Both the position numbers and the translations under genes were made by a program. Below are positions 9,134 through 20,030 of a stretch of 29,494 nt of DNA, one piece after another. Source of the stretch: Campylobacterota bacterium. Lineage in GTDB: Bacteria; Campylobacterota; Campylobacteria; Campylobacterales; Arcobacteraceae. How positions within the stretch are numbered: position 1 is the first letter of the stretch; the number at the start of each line of letters is the position of its first letter. Below the pieces are notes generated by a model. That model worked only from the letters and a program-made list of their open reading frames with translations, was not told the origin of the DNA and searched no databases. The stretch spans positions 1 to 29,494 of the forward strand of contig JBNJFB010000025.1 in NCBI GenBank assembly GCA_051746405.1. The letters run 5' to 3'.

Positions 9134-9577
9134 ATGTTAGATATTACTGATATTCAAGAAATACTTCCTCACAGATACCCTCTTTTATTAGTTGATAGAG
9201 TTACAAACATACAAGAAGGTCAAAGCATACAAGGGTATAAAAACATTTCTATAAGTGAACCTGCATTTATGGGTCACTTCCCTGGACACCCAATCTACCC
9301 AGGTGTTTTAATACTTGAAGGAATGGCACAAGCAGGTGGAGTTTTAGCACTTAAAAGCAATAATTTATCAAAAGAAGAGTTAAAAAATAAAGTTATCTAT
9401 TTTATGAGTATAGATAAAGCAAAATTTAGAACTCCCGTAACCCCTGGGGATAGACTAGATTATGTAATTGAAGTGCTAAAACTAAAAGGAAGTTTAATAG
9501 TACTTGACGGAAAAGCTTATGTAAACGATAAGCTAGTTGCACAAGCAGAATTAAAAGCTATGGTAGTAGATAAATAG
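9134..9577 (+). CDS. fabZ: 3-hydroxyacyl-ACP dehydratase
   Basis: [39 protein letters not shown]. Confidence 0.98.
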   Translation: MLDITDIQEILPHRYPLLLVDRVTNIQEGQSIQGYKNISISEPAFMGHFPGHPIYPGVLILEGMAQAGGVLALKSNNLSKEELKNKVIYFMSIDKAKFRTPVTPGDRLDYVIEVLKLKGSLIVLDGKAYVNDKLVAQAELKAMVVDK

Positions 9578-9589
9578 TCTAGGTGAGAT

Positions 9590-10369
9590 ATGAATAACAT
9601 TCACAAAACAGCAATTATTGAAAACGGTGCAAAAATAGGTAAAGATGTATCTATTGGTGCATACTCAATAATTTCAAAAGATGTGACAATAGGTGATGGT
9701 ACAAGCATAGCATCCCATGCACTAATTGAGGGTAAAACAACCATTGGAAAAAACAATCAAATATTTTCCCATACAGCCATTGGTACTATTCCTCAAGATT
9801 TAAAATATGATGGGGAAGATGTGGAATTAATTATAGGTGATAACAACAAAATAAGAGAGTTCGCACTAATCAACCCAGGGACAAAAGGTGGTGGTTCTGT
9901 CACAAAAATTGGGAACAACAACTTGTTTATGGGGTATGTTCATGTTGCCCATGATGTTATTATCGGTGATAATTGTATCTTTGCAAACTGTGCAACCCTA
10001 GCAGGTCACGTTGAGATTGATGATTTTGTTGTAGTTGGAGGATTAACTCCAATTCATCAATTTTGTAAGATAGGAACACAAGTTATGATAGGTGGTGGTT
10101 CAGTTGTAACACAAGATATACCACCATACTGTTTAGCAGAAGGTAACAAAGCTGTACTAAGAGGTCTTAATCTAAATGGTTTAAGAAGAAGATTTGAAAA
10201 TAGAGAAGATATAAATGCAATAAAAAATGCATATAAAGCTCTATTTGAATCAAAAAAACCCCTTTCAGATGTTGCCAAAGAGTTATCACAAAGTGATAAT
10301 CAATATGTAAAAATATTAGCCTCTTTTGTAAAAAATACAAAAAGAGGAATCCCATATAATAGAAAATAA
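9590..10369 (+). CDS. lpxA: UDP-N-acetylglucosamine O-acyltransferase
   Basis: Hexapeptide repeats, PQDLKY, HVAHD, LAGHV, HQF; follows fabZ. Confidence 0.98.
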   Translation: MNNIHKTAIIENGAKIGKDVSIGAYSIISKDVTIGDGTSIASHALIEGKTTIGKNNQIFSHTAIGTIPQDLKYDGEDVELIIGDNNKIREFALINPGTKGGGSVTKIGNNNLFMGYVHVAHDVIIGDNCIFANCATLAGHVEIDDFVVVGGLTPIHQFCKIGTQVMIGGGSVVTQDIPPYCLAEGNKAVLRGLNLNGLRRRFENREDINAIKNAYKALFESKKPLSDVAKELSQSDNQYVKILASFVKNTKRGIPYNRK

Positions 10370-10389
10370 TAAGAAAGAATAGGTTAAAT

Positions 10390-11622
10390 ATGAGTAAAGT
10401 AACGTGTGATTTTTGTGGAGTAAAAGATTCAGTAGCCAACCCTGTAATAGCAGGAGATAACGCTTGTATTTGTAAAGCTTGTGTAAGTGCTGCTCATGAG
10501 ATAATGCATAGTGGTGACTTACCACAAGAGGATGAGAAACTATCAACATCAACACAAGAAGAAGAGCCAAAAGAAGAAGTAACACTAAGAACACCTCAAG
10601 AGCTAAAAGAGATTTTAGATGATTATGTAATAGGTCAAGAAAGAGCAAAAAAGGTTCTATCAGTTGCAGTTTATAACCACTATAAAAGAATATTTAGACA
10701 CCATGAAATCGAAGATGAAACAGAGTTAAACAAATCAAATGTTTTATTAATAGGACCAACAGGTTCAGGTAAAACATTACTTGCTCAAACAATATCAAAA
10801 TATCTTGATGTGCCATTAGCAATTGCAGATGCAACCTCTTTAACAGAAGCTGGTTATGTTGGTGATGATGTGGAAAATGTGGTTACCCGATTAGTTCAAG
10901 CTGCAAATGGTGATATAAAAAAAGCTCAAAGGGGTATTATCTTTATTGATGAAGTTGATAAAGTTGCACGTATGAGTGAAAATAGATCAATCACTAGGGA
11001 TGTTTCAGGAGAAGGTGTTCAACAAGCACTTCTAAAAATAGTTGAGGGTTCAACTGTAAATGTACCTCCAAAAGGTGGAAGAAAACACCCAGGTCAAGAG
11101 TCACTTCAAATTGATACTACAAATATTTTGTTTGTTTGTGGTGGAGCATTTGATGGACTTGAAGATATAATCAAGAAAAAACAGGGTGCTAATGTTTTAG
11201 GTTTTAATCAAAGCAAAAGAAGTAAAAAAGAGGATAATAAAATCATTTCAAGTGTTGAAGCAGATGATTTAGTTAAATATGGATTAATCCCTGAGCTAAT
11301 TGGTAGATTACATATGATTGCCACACTAAATGAAATCTCTGAAGATGATATGGTACATATCTTAACAGAACCAAAAAATGCTCTTATTAAACAGTATATT
11401 AAACTATTTGAAATGGATAATGTAACTTTAGAGTTTGAGCAAGATGCACTCAAAGAATTAGCAAAACTAGCAATTGAGCGAAAAACAGGTGCAAGAGGGC
11501 TTAGATCAATTTTAGAAGATATTATGCTTGATATTATGTATGATTTACCAAAGTACAAAAACAAAACAGTGAAAATAACAAAAGATGTGGTTCAGAAAAA
11601 AGACGAGCCAAAAATAGCTTAA
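10390..11622 (+). CDS. clpX: ATP-dependent Clp protease ATP-binding subunit
   Basis: C4 zinc finger (CDFC...CKAC), [25 protein letters not shown] loop, GARGLR. Confidence 0.99.
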   Translation: MSKVTCDFCGVKDSVANPVIAGDNACICKACVSAAHEIMHSGDLPQEDEKLSTSTQEEEPKEEVTLRTPQELKEILDDYVIGQERAKKVLSVAVYNHYKRIFRHHEIEDETELNKSNVLLIGPTGSGKTLLAQTISKYLDVPLAIADATSLTEAGYVGDDVENVVTRLVQAANGDIKKAQRGIIFIDEVDKVARMSENRSITRDVSGEGVQQALLKIVEGSTVNVPPKGGRKHPGQESLQIDTTNILFVCGGAFDGLEDIIKKKQGANVLGFNQSKRSKKEDNKIISSVEADDLVKYGLIPELIGRLHMIATLNEISEDDMVHILTEPKNALIKQYIKLFEMDNVTLEFEQDALKELAKLAIERKTGARGLRSILEDIMLDIMYDLPKYKNKTVKITKDVVQKKDEPKIA

Positions 11623-11637
11623 TAAAAGGGGTACATA

Positions 11638-12669
11638 GTGTTTTTAGATAAATTAATTGGTTTGTTTTCTAGTGATATGGCGATTGATTTAGGAACTGCC
11701 AATACAATTGTTTCTGTAAAAGGTAAAGGTATTATTATAAATGAACCATCAGTAGTTGCAGTTCAAAACGATAAGTTTGGAAAAGATAAAATTCTAGCTG
11801 TTGGTCAAGAAGCTAAAAGAATGATTGGTAAAACTCCACTTAATATTCAAGCAGTAAGACCAATGCAAGATGGTGTTATTGCAGATTTTGAGATGACTGA
11901 AAGAATGATTAGATATTTTATTGAAAAAGCACACTCTAGAAAATCATTTATAAGACCTAGAATTATTATTTGTATTCCTTATGGTATTACACAAGTTGAG
12001 AAAAAAGCAGTTGAAGAATCTGCAATGAGTGCAGGAGCTAGAGAGGTATTTTTAGTAGAAGAGCCAATGGCAGCAGCAATTGGTGCAGGTATTCCTGTAT
12101 CTGACCCATCTGGTTATGTGGTTGTTGATATTGGTGGTGGTACTACTGAGATTGGAGTTACATCCCTTGGTGGTTTAGTTCTATCAAAGTCAATAAAAGT
12201 AGCAGGTGATAGGTTTGATAAATCTATTATTGATTATGTAAGACAAAACTATAACCTTTTTATAGGTGAAAGAACAGCTGAGAATATAAAAATTGAAATA
12301 GGTACAGCAATAAAGCTTGATACTGAACTTAAAATAAAAGTAAAAGGTAGAGATAACTCTGGGTTTTTATCAACTATTGAGCTAGGAAGTGAAGGAGTTC
12401 GAACAGCTATTAAAGAACCATTAAAAGAGATAGTTTCAACTCTAAAAGGGGTACTAGAGGATATGCCACCTGATTTAGCAGGTGATGTGGTTGATAATGG
12501 TGTTGTTTTAACAGGTGGTGGTGCTTTAATTAGAGGTATTGACCAATATATTGCAGATATTGTAAAACTCCCTGTAATGATTGCAGAAGACCCATTATTA
12601 GCTGTTGCATACGGTACTAGCAATGTATTAGATGAGGATGCTTTACTAAAACTAATAACTAATGCGTAA
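11638..12669 (+). CDS. mreB: Rod shape-determining protein MreB
   Basis: IDLGTANT, EPMAAAIGAG, DIGGGTTE, LTGGGAL; GTG start after AAGGGG. Confidence 0.99.
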   Translation: MFLDKLIGLFSSDMAIDLGTANTIVSVKGKGIIINEPSVVAVQNDKFGKDKILAVGQEAKRMIGKTPLNIQAVRPMQDGVIADFEMTERMIRYFIEKAHSRKSFIRPRIIICIPYGITQVEKKAVEESAMSAGAREVFLVEEPMAAAIGAGIPVSDPSGYVVVDIGGGTTEIGVTSLGGLVLSKSIKVAGDRFDKSIIDYVRQNYNLFIGERTAENIKIEIGTAIKLDTELKIKVKGRDNSGFLSTIELGSEGVRTAIKEPLKEIVSTLKGVLEDMPPDLAGDVVDNGVVLTGGGALIRGIDQYIADIVKLPVMIAEDPLLAVAYGTSNVLDEDALLKLITNA

Positions 12670-13462
12670 ATTTCTATTTTTTGTACTACTTTTTATTATA
12701 GGGCTATCCTATCTTTTTGAAATCGATAAAATAATAGCTAGAAAATTCACTTTTTTAAGTGATATAAAAAGCTATTATATAAATACAGTAGTTGATATAT
12801 CATCTACTGTTGAAAAATATTTTAATCAACTAAATGAAATACAGAAGCTACAAGAAGAGAATGAAGCTTTAAAAAACTACAAAACCTCATATCTAACAAT
12901 AAAAAATGAGTATGAAAACTTAAAAGAGTTTTTAGATAACAACACAAATATTCAAGATAGACTAAAAACAAAGCAGACAAGAGTTTTATCATATGTGGAT
13001 TTTCATGACTTCACAAAAGTATGGCTAGATTATGACAAAAAAGATGACTCTATTTTAGGATTGATTTCAAATAACTACGCAGCAGGTATTGTAATAAAAC
13101 AAGATAATAAAGCAGTAGGTCTTCTAAATGGAAATAGTAAATGCTCTTATGCAGTTTTTATAGGTAAAAACGAAACACCAGGAATAATAATATCAAATAA
13201 AAACAGTGTCCCTGAAATAAGATATATACCACTGTGGTCAGATATATCCGTAGGTGATGAAGTTGTAACATCTGGAATGGATAATATCTTTGTAAAGGGA
13301 TTAAAAGTAGGAAAAATTACAAAAATTCAAAATAAATCTAATATGAAAACTGCATCTATTGAGATGTATGCAAATGTATTAAAAAGCAAATACTTTTATG
13401 TCTATAAAAATAATAAAAACCTAGAAAATAAGAATCAAACAACAACGACTACTAATAAGTAG
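12662..13462 (+). CDS. mreC: Rod shape-determining protein MreC
   Basis: N-terminal TM, coiled coil (LQEENEAL), VGDEVVTSGMD...GLKVG; overlaps the end of mreB. Confidence 0.93.
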   Translation: MRKFLFFVLLFIIGLSYLFEIDKIIARKFTFLSDIKSYYINTVVDISSTVEKYFNQLNEIQKLQEENEALKNYKTSYLTIKNEYENLKEFLDNNTNIQDRLKTKQTRVLSYVDFHDFTKVWLDYDKKDDSILGLISNNYAAGIVIKQDNKAVGLLNGNSKCSYAVFIGKNETPGIIISNKNSVPEIRYIPLWSDISVGDEVVTSGMDNIFVKGLKVGKITKIQNKSNMKTASIEMYANVLKSKYFYVYKNNKNLENKNQTTTTTNK

Positions 13463-14081
13463 CCATTATCTTATCAACCTTGCTCCAAGATAGTTCATCA
13501 TGGCTATTATCTACTTTTTTTGATGAAGGAAACATATTATAGATATATCTAGCAAACATATCTGTTTCTAAATTTACTTTAGAGCCTATTTTATATCTTT
13601 TAAATAGTGTATTTTTTACAGTATGAGGAATTATTGTAAGTCTAAAACTATCGTCATATACCTCATTTATAGTAAGTGACACCCCATCAATAGTTACACT
13701 TCCCTTTGAAATTACAAACTTTAAATACTGCTGGGGCAAAGAGATAAAAAAATCAGTTGAATTACCATTTTTTTTAATATCTTTTATTACTCCTAAGCAA
13801 TCCACATGACCTTGAACAATATGTCCCTCAAACCTATCACCCATCATCATTGCAGGTTCTATATGAACCTCATCTATATAGTTTTCAATTGCTAAGATTT
13901 TTTGAGATTCAGGTGAAAGCTCAACTGTAAAAGTATCGCTTGTAACCCTAACTACAGTTAAGCAAGCCCCATTTATAGCTATTGAATCCCCTATTTTTGG
14001 ATGATACTTTGCTTTTAAAGTTAAATAGTTATTTTTGAAGCTAAGCACTTGTGCCATTTCTCTAATAAGTCCTGTAAACAC
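13452..14081 (-). CDS. ribE: Riboflavin synthase alpha chain
   Basis: MFTGLI, GDSIAINGACLTV, GHIVQGHVD, DGVSLT, IPHT, VNLETD; GTG start after AAAGGA. Called ribC in E. coli nomenclature. Confidence 0.97.
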   Translation of the reverse strand: MFTGLIREMAQVLSFKNNYLTLKAKYHPKIGDSIAINGACLTVVRVTSDTFTVELSPESQKILAIENYIDEVHIEPAMMMGDRFEGHIVQGHVDCLGVIKDIKKNGNSTDFFISLPQQYLKFVISKGSVTIDGVSLTINEVYDDSFRLTIIPHTVKNTLFKRYKIGSKVNLETDMFARYIYNMFPSSKKVDNSHDELSWSKVDKIMATY

Positions 14082-14115
14082 ACTTTTCCTTTAGTATTAT
14101 ATATTTCATATATTA

Positions 14116-14141
14116 CCAAATAAAGTTTAAACTTTATTTGG
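14116..14141. repeat. Perfect 26-bp palindrome between divergent ribE and mnmG
   Basis: CCAAATAAAGTTTAAACTTTATTTGG equals its own reverse complement. Confidence 0.9.
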
Positions 14142-14270
14142 AATAATTGTTTTTTTTTGGTATTATACGAAAAAAACTCTGAAGCCAAATTTCAATAATA
14201 ACCTATTTAAATAGGCTTCAAATGTACTTAAAATTATTTAAATACTATCAAATATATTTTGGAGAAAATT

Positions 14271-16142
14271 ATGAAATATGATATTATCGTTGTAGGTGGA
14301 GGTCATGCTGGGATTGAAGCGTCATTAGCAGGTGCAAGAATGGGTAAAAAAACCCTACTTATAACTATGTTAGTTGAACAAATAGGAGCAGCTTCTTGTA
14401 ATCCTGCTATTGGAGGACTTGCAAAAGGACACTTAGTAAGAGAGCTTGATGCATTAGGTGGGCAAATGGGTCTATGTACCGATGCTACAGGTATTCAGTT
14501 TAGAATCCTAAATGCTTCAAAGGGTGCAGCAGTTCAAGGAAGTCGTGCACAAATTGATATGGATGAATATAGACATTATATGAGAAAAGTTTGTCATAAT
14601 ACACCTAATCTTGAAATTTATCAAGATGAAGTAAGTGAACTTTTAATAAACCAAGACAAAGAGATATATGGAGTTAAAACAAGACTTGAAGAGGAGTTTG
14701 AAGCATCAAAAGTAATTCTAACAACTGGAACTTTTATGAAAGGTCTAGTTCATATAGGACAAAAACAGTATGAAGCGGGAAGAGCTTGGGAGTTACCATC
14801 TTCAACCCTATCAACTCAACTAAAGCAGCTTGGATTTAATGTGGGAAGACTAAAAACAGGAACCCCTGCTAGAATTGATGGAAAGACTATAAACTTTGAT
14901 AAAATGGAGATGCACGGTGGGGATATAAACCCAGCTCCTTTTTCATTTAGAACAAATAAAGAGAAGTTTAATCCAACACAATACCCATGTTATATTACTT
15001 ATACAAATGAAAATACCCATGAAACCATCAAATCAAACTTTGATAGAACACCACTATTTACAGGTCAAATTCAAGGTTCAGGACCTAGATACTGTCCAAG
15101 TATTGAAGATAAAGTAAATAGATTTGCCCAAAGAGATAGACACCAACTATTTTTAGAACCACAAACAGCAATGTGTACAGAGTACTATGTAAATGGATTA
15201 TCAACATCTCTTCCTATTGATGTTCAAAAGCAGATGATTCACTCAATCATTGGACTTGAAAATGCAAAAATTATAAGATATGGATATGCTATTGAGTATG
15301 ATTATGTGGACCCAACAGAGTTAAAACACACACTTGAAACAAAAAAAGTAAAAAATCTATATAATGCTGGGCAGATAAATGCAACAACAGGCTATGAAGA
15401 AGCAGCAGCTCAAGGACTAATAGCAGGAATAAATGCCTCTTTAGCAATAGATGAAAAGCAGCCATTTATACTAAGACGTGATGAAGCATATATCGGAGTT
15501 TTAATTGACGATTTAGTTACAAAAGGAACAAATGAGCCTTATAGAATGTTTACAAGTCGTGCTGAATACAGACTTCTTTTAAGAGAAGAAGGTGCTGATT
15601 TAAGGCTTAGTTCTTATGGGAATGAGTTAGGACTTATTGATGATGAGACTATAAAAAAGGTAAATCATAAACAAAAAGTAATAGATGATGCAGTAGAGTA
15701 TATGCAAAATCAATGGTTCACTTCAAAGAAAGAGAATCTTGAACTACTTGAAAAGTTAGGACAAGATAAAATCAAAGATAGGGTTTTACTTATAGATATT
15801 ATTGGAAGAAGTACTATAAAACTAGAGCATTTTGATGAGTTTTTACCACAATTCAAAGAGTTATCTAACTACTTAAAAGAACAGATTTTAATAGAAGCTA
15901 AATATTTTAGATATGTACAAAAACAGAAAAAACAGATTGATAAAATGAAAAGAATGTTAAAACTAAAAATCCCTGAAGATTTCGATTATCAAAAAATATC
16001 TGGACTATCAAATGAAGCTATAGAGAAACTTGAGAAGTTTAGACCACCTACTCTTTTTAATGCTAGTGAAATTTCAGGAATAACACCTGCTGCTATTGAT
16101 GTTATTCACATGTATATTAGCTTAAAAAAGGAGGCTACATGA
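14271..16142 (+). CDS. mnmG: tRNA uridine-5-carboxymethylaminomethyl modification enzyme
   Basis: ATG 14271 after GGAG at 14261; [65 protein letters not shown]. Confidence 0.99.
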   Translation: MKYDIIVVGGGHAGIEASLAGARMGKKTLLITMLVEQIGAASCNPAIGGLAKGHLVRELDALGGQMGLCTDATGIQFRILNASKGAAVQGSRAQIDMDEYRHYMRKVCHNTPNLEIYQDEVSELLINQDKEIYGVKTRLEEEFEASKVILTTGTFMKGLVHIGQKQYEAGRAWELPSSTLSTQLKQLGFNVGRLKTGTPARIDGKTINFDKMEMHGGDINPAPFSFRTNKEKFNPTQYPCYITYTNENTHETIKSNFDRTPLFTGQIQGSGPRYCPSIEDKVNRFAQRDRHQLFLEPQTAMCTEYYVNGLSTSLPIDVQKQMIHSIIGLENAKIIRYGYAIEYDYVDPTELKHTLETKKVKNLYNAGQINATTGYEEAAAQGLIAGINASLAIDEKQPFILRRDEAYIGVLIDDLVTKGTNEPYRMFTSRAEYRLLLREEGADLRLSSYGNELGLIDDETIKKVNHKQKVIDDAVEYMQNQWFTSKKENLELLEKLGQDKIKDRVLLIDIIGRSTIKLEHFDEFLPQFKELSNYLKEQILIEAKYFRYVQKQKKQIDKMKRMLKLKIPEDFDYQKISGLSNEAIEKLEKFRPPTLFNASEISGITPAAIDVIHMYISLKKEAT

Positions 16143-17497
16143 AAACATATAATATAATAGTAATAGGTGGTGGTAGAGCTGCAAATTTAGCTATAAAAAT
16201 AGGTAAATTAGGAAAAAAAGTTGCACTAATTGAAAAGTCAAGTTTAGGTGGGACTTGTGCAAATAAAGGATGCGTCCCCTCAAAGCTTCTTATAGGTTAT
16301 GCAGATGTTATTAGAAATATTCAAGAGTCAAAAAGACACTTTATAGATAGTAAAATTACAGATATTGATATTGAAAAAATTTTTGAGAAAAACAATGATT
16401 TCATATCAAATGTAGATGACAACTATAAAGAAAAATTAAATGAAAATGTGGATTTATATAGGGGCGTTGGTTCATTTGTTTGTGATAATATAGTTGAAGT
16501 AAATAATGAGCAATTAACTGCTCAAAAGATTATAATAGCAACAGGTACAAGTCCTAAAAAACCACCTTTTGAGTATGCATGGACTAGTGATGATGTTTTT
16601 CCAATAAACAAAATTCCAAAATCTATTGCTATAGTTGGTTCTGGCTTTATAGCCTGTGAGCTTGCAAATGTCTTTGATGCTTTAGGAGTTAAAACAAAGC
16701 TTATAGTAAGAAATAAAGAGCTATTATCTAAAGAGGATGAAGATATAAAAGAGGTTTTTAAAGATGAGTTTTCCAAAAAAATAGATATTGAATTTAATAC
16801 TACAATTAAAGATGCAAACTATAAAAACAACTCTTTTGATATAGTTTTAGAAAATATAGATGGTCAAACAAAAAATGAAAACTATGAAGCCCTACTTTAT
16901 GCAATAGGTAGACAATCAAACGCAAAAGATTTAAAACTTGAAAACACTTCTATAAAATTAGATGAAAGAGAGTTTATTAAAAGGGATGAATACTTCAAAA
17001 CCGATGCAAAAGATGTTTATGTAGTAGGAGATGCAGCAGGTGAGTATATGCTACAGCATGCAGCTGCTTTTGAGATGAATCATCTTTTTAAGCTTCTATT
17101 TGAACAGGAGAATGAACCCCTAGAGTTTAAGTATATGCCCCATGCAGTTTTTACAGACCCTGAAATAGCAAGTGTGGGACTAACCCAACAGCAAGCCATA
17201 GATAAAAAGTTAGATTTTGTTGTATCTAAAACCTCCTGGCAAGCAAGTGCAAAAGCTCAAGCTACAAAATTAAAGTATCCATTTACGAAGTTTATTATAG
17301 ATAAAACTAACTATAAAATTTTAGGTTGTCATATGATTGGACCACAAAGCTCTACTATGATACATCAAGTACTAACTGTAATGCATATTGATAATGATAT
17401 AAGACATTTAAAACAGATGCTATATATACATCCTGCACTTAGTGAGTCTTTATTACCAGCTGCAATTAACGCAATTAAAAAAATAGAAAAAGCATAA
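16139..17497 (+). CDS. Class I pyridine nucleotide-disulfide oxidoreductase (Lpd/mycothione reductase-like)
   Basis: [13 protein letters not shown] redox disulfide, [23 protein letters not shown]-terminal HPALSE; ATGA overlap with mnmG. Confidence 0.92.
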   Translation: MKTYNIIVIGGGRAANLAIKIGKLGKKVALIEKSSLGGTCANKGCVPSKLLIGYADVIRNIQESKRHFIDSKITDIDIEKIFEKNNDFISNVDDNYKEKLNENVDLYRGVGSFVCDNIVEVNNEQLTAQKIIIATGTSPKKPPFEYAWTSDDVFPINKIPKSIAIVGSGFIACELANVFDALGVKTKLIVRNKELLSKEDEDIKEVFKDEFSKKIDIEFNTTIKDANYKNNSFDIVLENIDGQTKNENYEALLYAIGRQSNAKDLKLENTSIKLDEREFIKRDEYFKTDAKDVYVVGDAAGEYMLQHAAAFEMNHLFKLLFEQENEPLEFKYMPHAVFTDPEIASVGLTQQQAIDKKLDFVVSKTSWQASAKAQATKLKYPFTKFIIDKTNYKILGCHMIGPQSSTMIHQVLTVMHIDNDIRHLKQMLYIHPALSESLLPAAINAIKKIEKA

Positions 17498-17516
17498 GAT
17501 ATTAAACTTATGCTTT
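17489..17516 (+). terminator. Intrinsic terminator hairpin after the disulfide oxidoreductase
   Basis: AAAGCATAAG-N8-CTTATGCTTT, including the stop codon, followed by a T-rich tail. Confidence 0.65.
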
Positions 17517-17578
17517 GTAACTTTCTTGTATACTATATATCTTAATGTATAGAACTAAATAACTATAAAAGGTATTAA

Positions 17579-18415
17579 ATGCAAATATATTTTTATGCAA
17601 AAAGTGGACATCAAATAGGACTTGAAGCCACAAAAAAATGTGCAGCAGTTGCTAGTGAATTAAAAGATTTTGAACCAGTTTTATGTACAAGTGATTTTAG
17701 AGCAGGAGCTTTTGCAAAAGAGCTATTAGGTATTAAAAAATATGTAAATATTGATGTTATAAGAAACTTATATAATATTATGAATAAAAATGACATCTTA
17801 ATATATCATACAGATGAGACAAGTGATATTATGAAAGAGGGTATAAATAGCTACTGTTCTGTTGTATATGATATACAAGAGCTTGGTGATATTTTTTATG
17901 ATAGTAATCTTTATAATCAAGATAGTAAGACAACTATCTCTAAAGCTATATTTTTTGGCGATGATGACTATAATAATATATTTTTACAAGCTGTTGAAAA
18001 CTCATCAAAACACAATATTGACTTATTAATGGGTCACTACTTTTTTCTTGGTAATGAAAAAATATTTAAAGATTATTTTACAAATGTTATTGATGAAGAG
18101 GAGTATGTACAAACAATATCTCAAACAAAATACTTATTAACAGCTTCAGTACAAAGTGCAATTGAGTCACTTGCTAGTGGTAACTATCCTGTTTTATTTA
18201 TAAGAGAGGATAAAAACTACAATAAAGAGCTAATAAAAAAACTTCAATTACCTGTAATTGAAGCAACTAGTTTAGATGAAATAGTATTAGAGTTTGAAAA
18301 GATTATAGACTCTTATCCAAAGATTGATATACCAGCTAAAAGTTCATTAACACAAATGAAAGATGAGATTTCAAATAAGATTGAAACATACAAAAGCCTT
18401 ACTGATGGTAAGTAG
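17579..18415 (+). CDS. Hypothetical protein, distant PseG/SpsG-like GT-B fold
   Basis: Long ORF with AAAAGG RBS; N-terminal SGHQIGLEATKKC and later IFFGDDD and SAIESLASG.P segments resemble PseG/SpsG motifs. Fold call is inference. Confidence 0.75.
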   Translation: MQIYFYAKSGHQIGLEATKKCAAVASELKDFEPVLCTSDFRAGAFAKELLGIKKYVNIDVIRNLYNIMNKNDILIYHTDETSDIMKEGINSYCSVVYDIQELGDIFYDSNLYNQDSKTTISKAIFFGDDDYNNIFLQAVENSSKHNIDLLMGHYFFLGNEKIFKDYFTNVIDEEEYVQTISQTKYLLTASVQSAIESLASGNYPVLFIREDKNYNKELIKKLQLPVIEATSLDEIVLEFEKIIDSYPKIDIPAKSSLTQMKDEISNKIETYKSLTDGK

Positions 18416-18516
18416 TGAATGGACTTTCATACTATAAGTTTTACTTATGTATATTTATGTTTATCATAAGGAATCTTTATATATAATTAGAAATATTTCA
18501 ACAAAAAGGTTTTACA

Positions 18517-19902
18517 ATGAAAGAAAAAAACAAGTTTTTAAGTAAAACTCCTTATAGAATCAAAAGATATTATGGATATGTAATAGCTACAATCTTATCC
18601 TTAAGTATCCCTTTTATTACTATAGGAGGTAATCATCTTTTTTTATTATCATTTGATAAGAAACAGTTACACTTACTAGGTACAGCTTTTGATATGCAAG
18701 AGTTATATCTCATGCCATTTTTATTAATGCTACTATTTTTAGGTATTTTTGCTGTTACCTCTTTAGGAGGTAGAGCATGGTGTGGTTGGGCCTGTCCCCA
18801 AACAATCTTTAGAACTATCTATAGAGACTTAATTGAAAGTAAACTACTAAATCTAAGAAGAATCAAAAACAAACAAAAAGACCCTGATTTAAGTAAGCCA
18901 TCAAATGCTTCTAAAAGAGTAATAGGAATTATACTATGGTCTATTCTATCTTTAATTGCTGCATCTAACTTTATGTGGTATTTTGTTCCACCTGAAGACT
19001 TCTTTGCATATATTCAAAACCCAACTGAACATATGTTCTTAATTGGTTTTGTATTAGCTATTGCAGCATTTTTAATTTATGATGTGATAATTCTAAAAGA
19101 GAACTTCTGTATCTATGTTTGTCCTTACTCAAGAGTTCAGTCAGTTTTATATGATGATAATACCTATCAAGCTATTTACTCTACTAACAGAGGTGGGGAT
19201 ATTTATAATGAAAATAGAGAGAAAGTAATATTTAAACAAAAAGATTTACCTAATGAAAATGATGAGTGTACAACATGTGAAGCATGTGTAACAGTATGTC
19301 CAACTCATATTGATATTAGAAAAGGTTTACAACTTGAGTGTATTAACTGTCTAGAGTGTGTGGATGCTTGTACTAAAGTTATGGGTAAATTAGGAAAACC
19401 ATCACTAGTTCAGTGGACTAGTACAAATGAAATCAAATATAATAAACCAACAAAAATTATTAGAAAACAGACTATTATGTACGCAGTTGCGTTACTTGTT
19501 GTTTTAGGTTTACTATTTGCAATGGGTGGGAAAAAAGAGTATATGCTTTTAAATATTAATAAAACCACTCAACTATATAAAGTAAAAGAAGGTAATGTGG
19601 TAAGAAACAACTTTATATTCTTATTTCAAAATACAGGAAACAAACCATATACCTATGACTTAAAGGTTTTAAACAATAAAGATATTACCATAGAGAGATT
19701 TAAGCCATTTACACTTCAACCAGGTAGCAAAAGAAAAAAGGTTGTTATTTTACAAACTAAAGAGATGTTAGTAGATGACAACTCTAGAGATACTCCAATT
19801 CCTGTAAAATTAAAAGCATTTGCAAAAGAGGACCCTGAAAAAATAAATGTTTTAAGAGAAGCTGTATTTATCTTCCCAAGAGCAGATAAACTAGAAAAAT
19901 AA
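18517..19902 (+). CDS. ccoG: Cytochrome c oxidase accessory protein CcoG (FixG/RdxA family)
   Basis: GRAWCGWACPQT, FCIYVCPY, CTTCEACVTVCPTHIDIR, ECINCLECVDAC, TM helices, Ig-like C-terminus. Confidence 0.96.
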   Translation: MKEKNKFLSKTPYRIKRYYGYVIATILSLSIPFITIGGNHLFLLSFDKKQLHLLGTAFDMQELYLMPFLLMLLFLGIFAVTSLGGRAWCGWACPQTIFRTIYRDLIESKLLNLRRIKNKQKDPDLSKPSNASKRVIGIILWSILSLIAASNFMWYFVPPEDFFAYIQNPTEHMFLIGFVLAIAAFLIYDVIILKENFCIYVCPYSRVQSVLYDDNTYQAIYSTNRGGDIYNENREKVIFKQKDLPNENDECTTCEACVTVCPTHIDIRKGLQLECINCLECVDACTKVMGKLGKPSLVQWTSTNEIKYNKPTKIIRKQTIMYAVALLVVLGLLFAMGGKKEYMLLNINKTTQLYKVKEGNVVRNNFIFLFQNTGNKPYTYDLKVLNNKDITIERFKPFTLQPGSKRKKVVILQTKEMLVDDNSRDTPIPVKLKAFAKEDPEKINVLREAVFIFPRADKLEK

Positions 19903-19907
19903 CTTTG

Positions 19908-19945
19908 GTGATAAAGTTGGATTAAATCCAACTTTTCACTTTCAT
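19908..19945 (+). terminator. Intrinsic terminator after ccoG
   Basis: AAAGTTGGAT-TAA-ATCCAACTTT (19913-19935), extendable by GTGA/TCAC, with a T-rich tail. Confidence 0.75.
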
Positions 19946-20030
19946 TTAAATCTAACTTAACTTACATATCAACAATTTTTAGATAAAATCGCGTATATTT
20001 ATTGAATAATCTACTTTGGAGTACTATATA

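Noticed and set aside
12662..13462. No mreD after mreC; poly-Thr tail on MreC
   Set aside because: clpX-mreB-mreC without adjacent mreD is usual in Campylobacterota; the tail is a low-complexity end at the ribE overlap.
14150..14158. T9 tract upstream of the mnmG -10 as a phase-variation site
   Set aside because: A/T runs of this length are unremarkable here; no long poly-G/C tracts were seen.
14082..14270. oriC or parS next to mnmG (gidA), or an FMN riboswitch upstream of riboflavin synthase
   Set aside because: No DnaA-box cluster, no parS consensus and no RFN conserved sequence; the ribE leader appears too short.
18517..19902. ccoG separated from ccoNOQP
   Set aside because: Dispersed cco accessory genes are common in this lineage.
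19980..20030. pyrG reiterative-transcription attenuator
   Set aside because: No GGGC start or leader terminator; the nearby hairpin is the ccoG terminator, upstream of the TAAAAT box.
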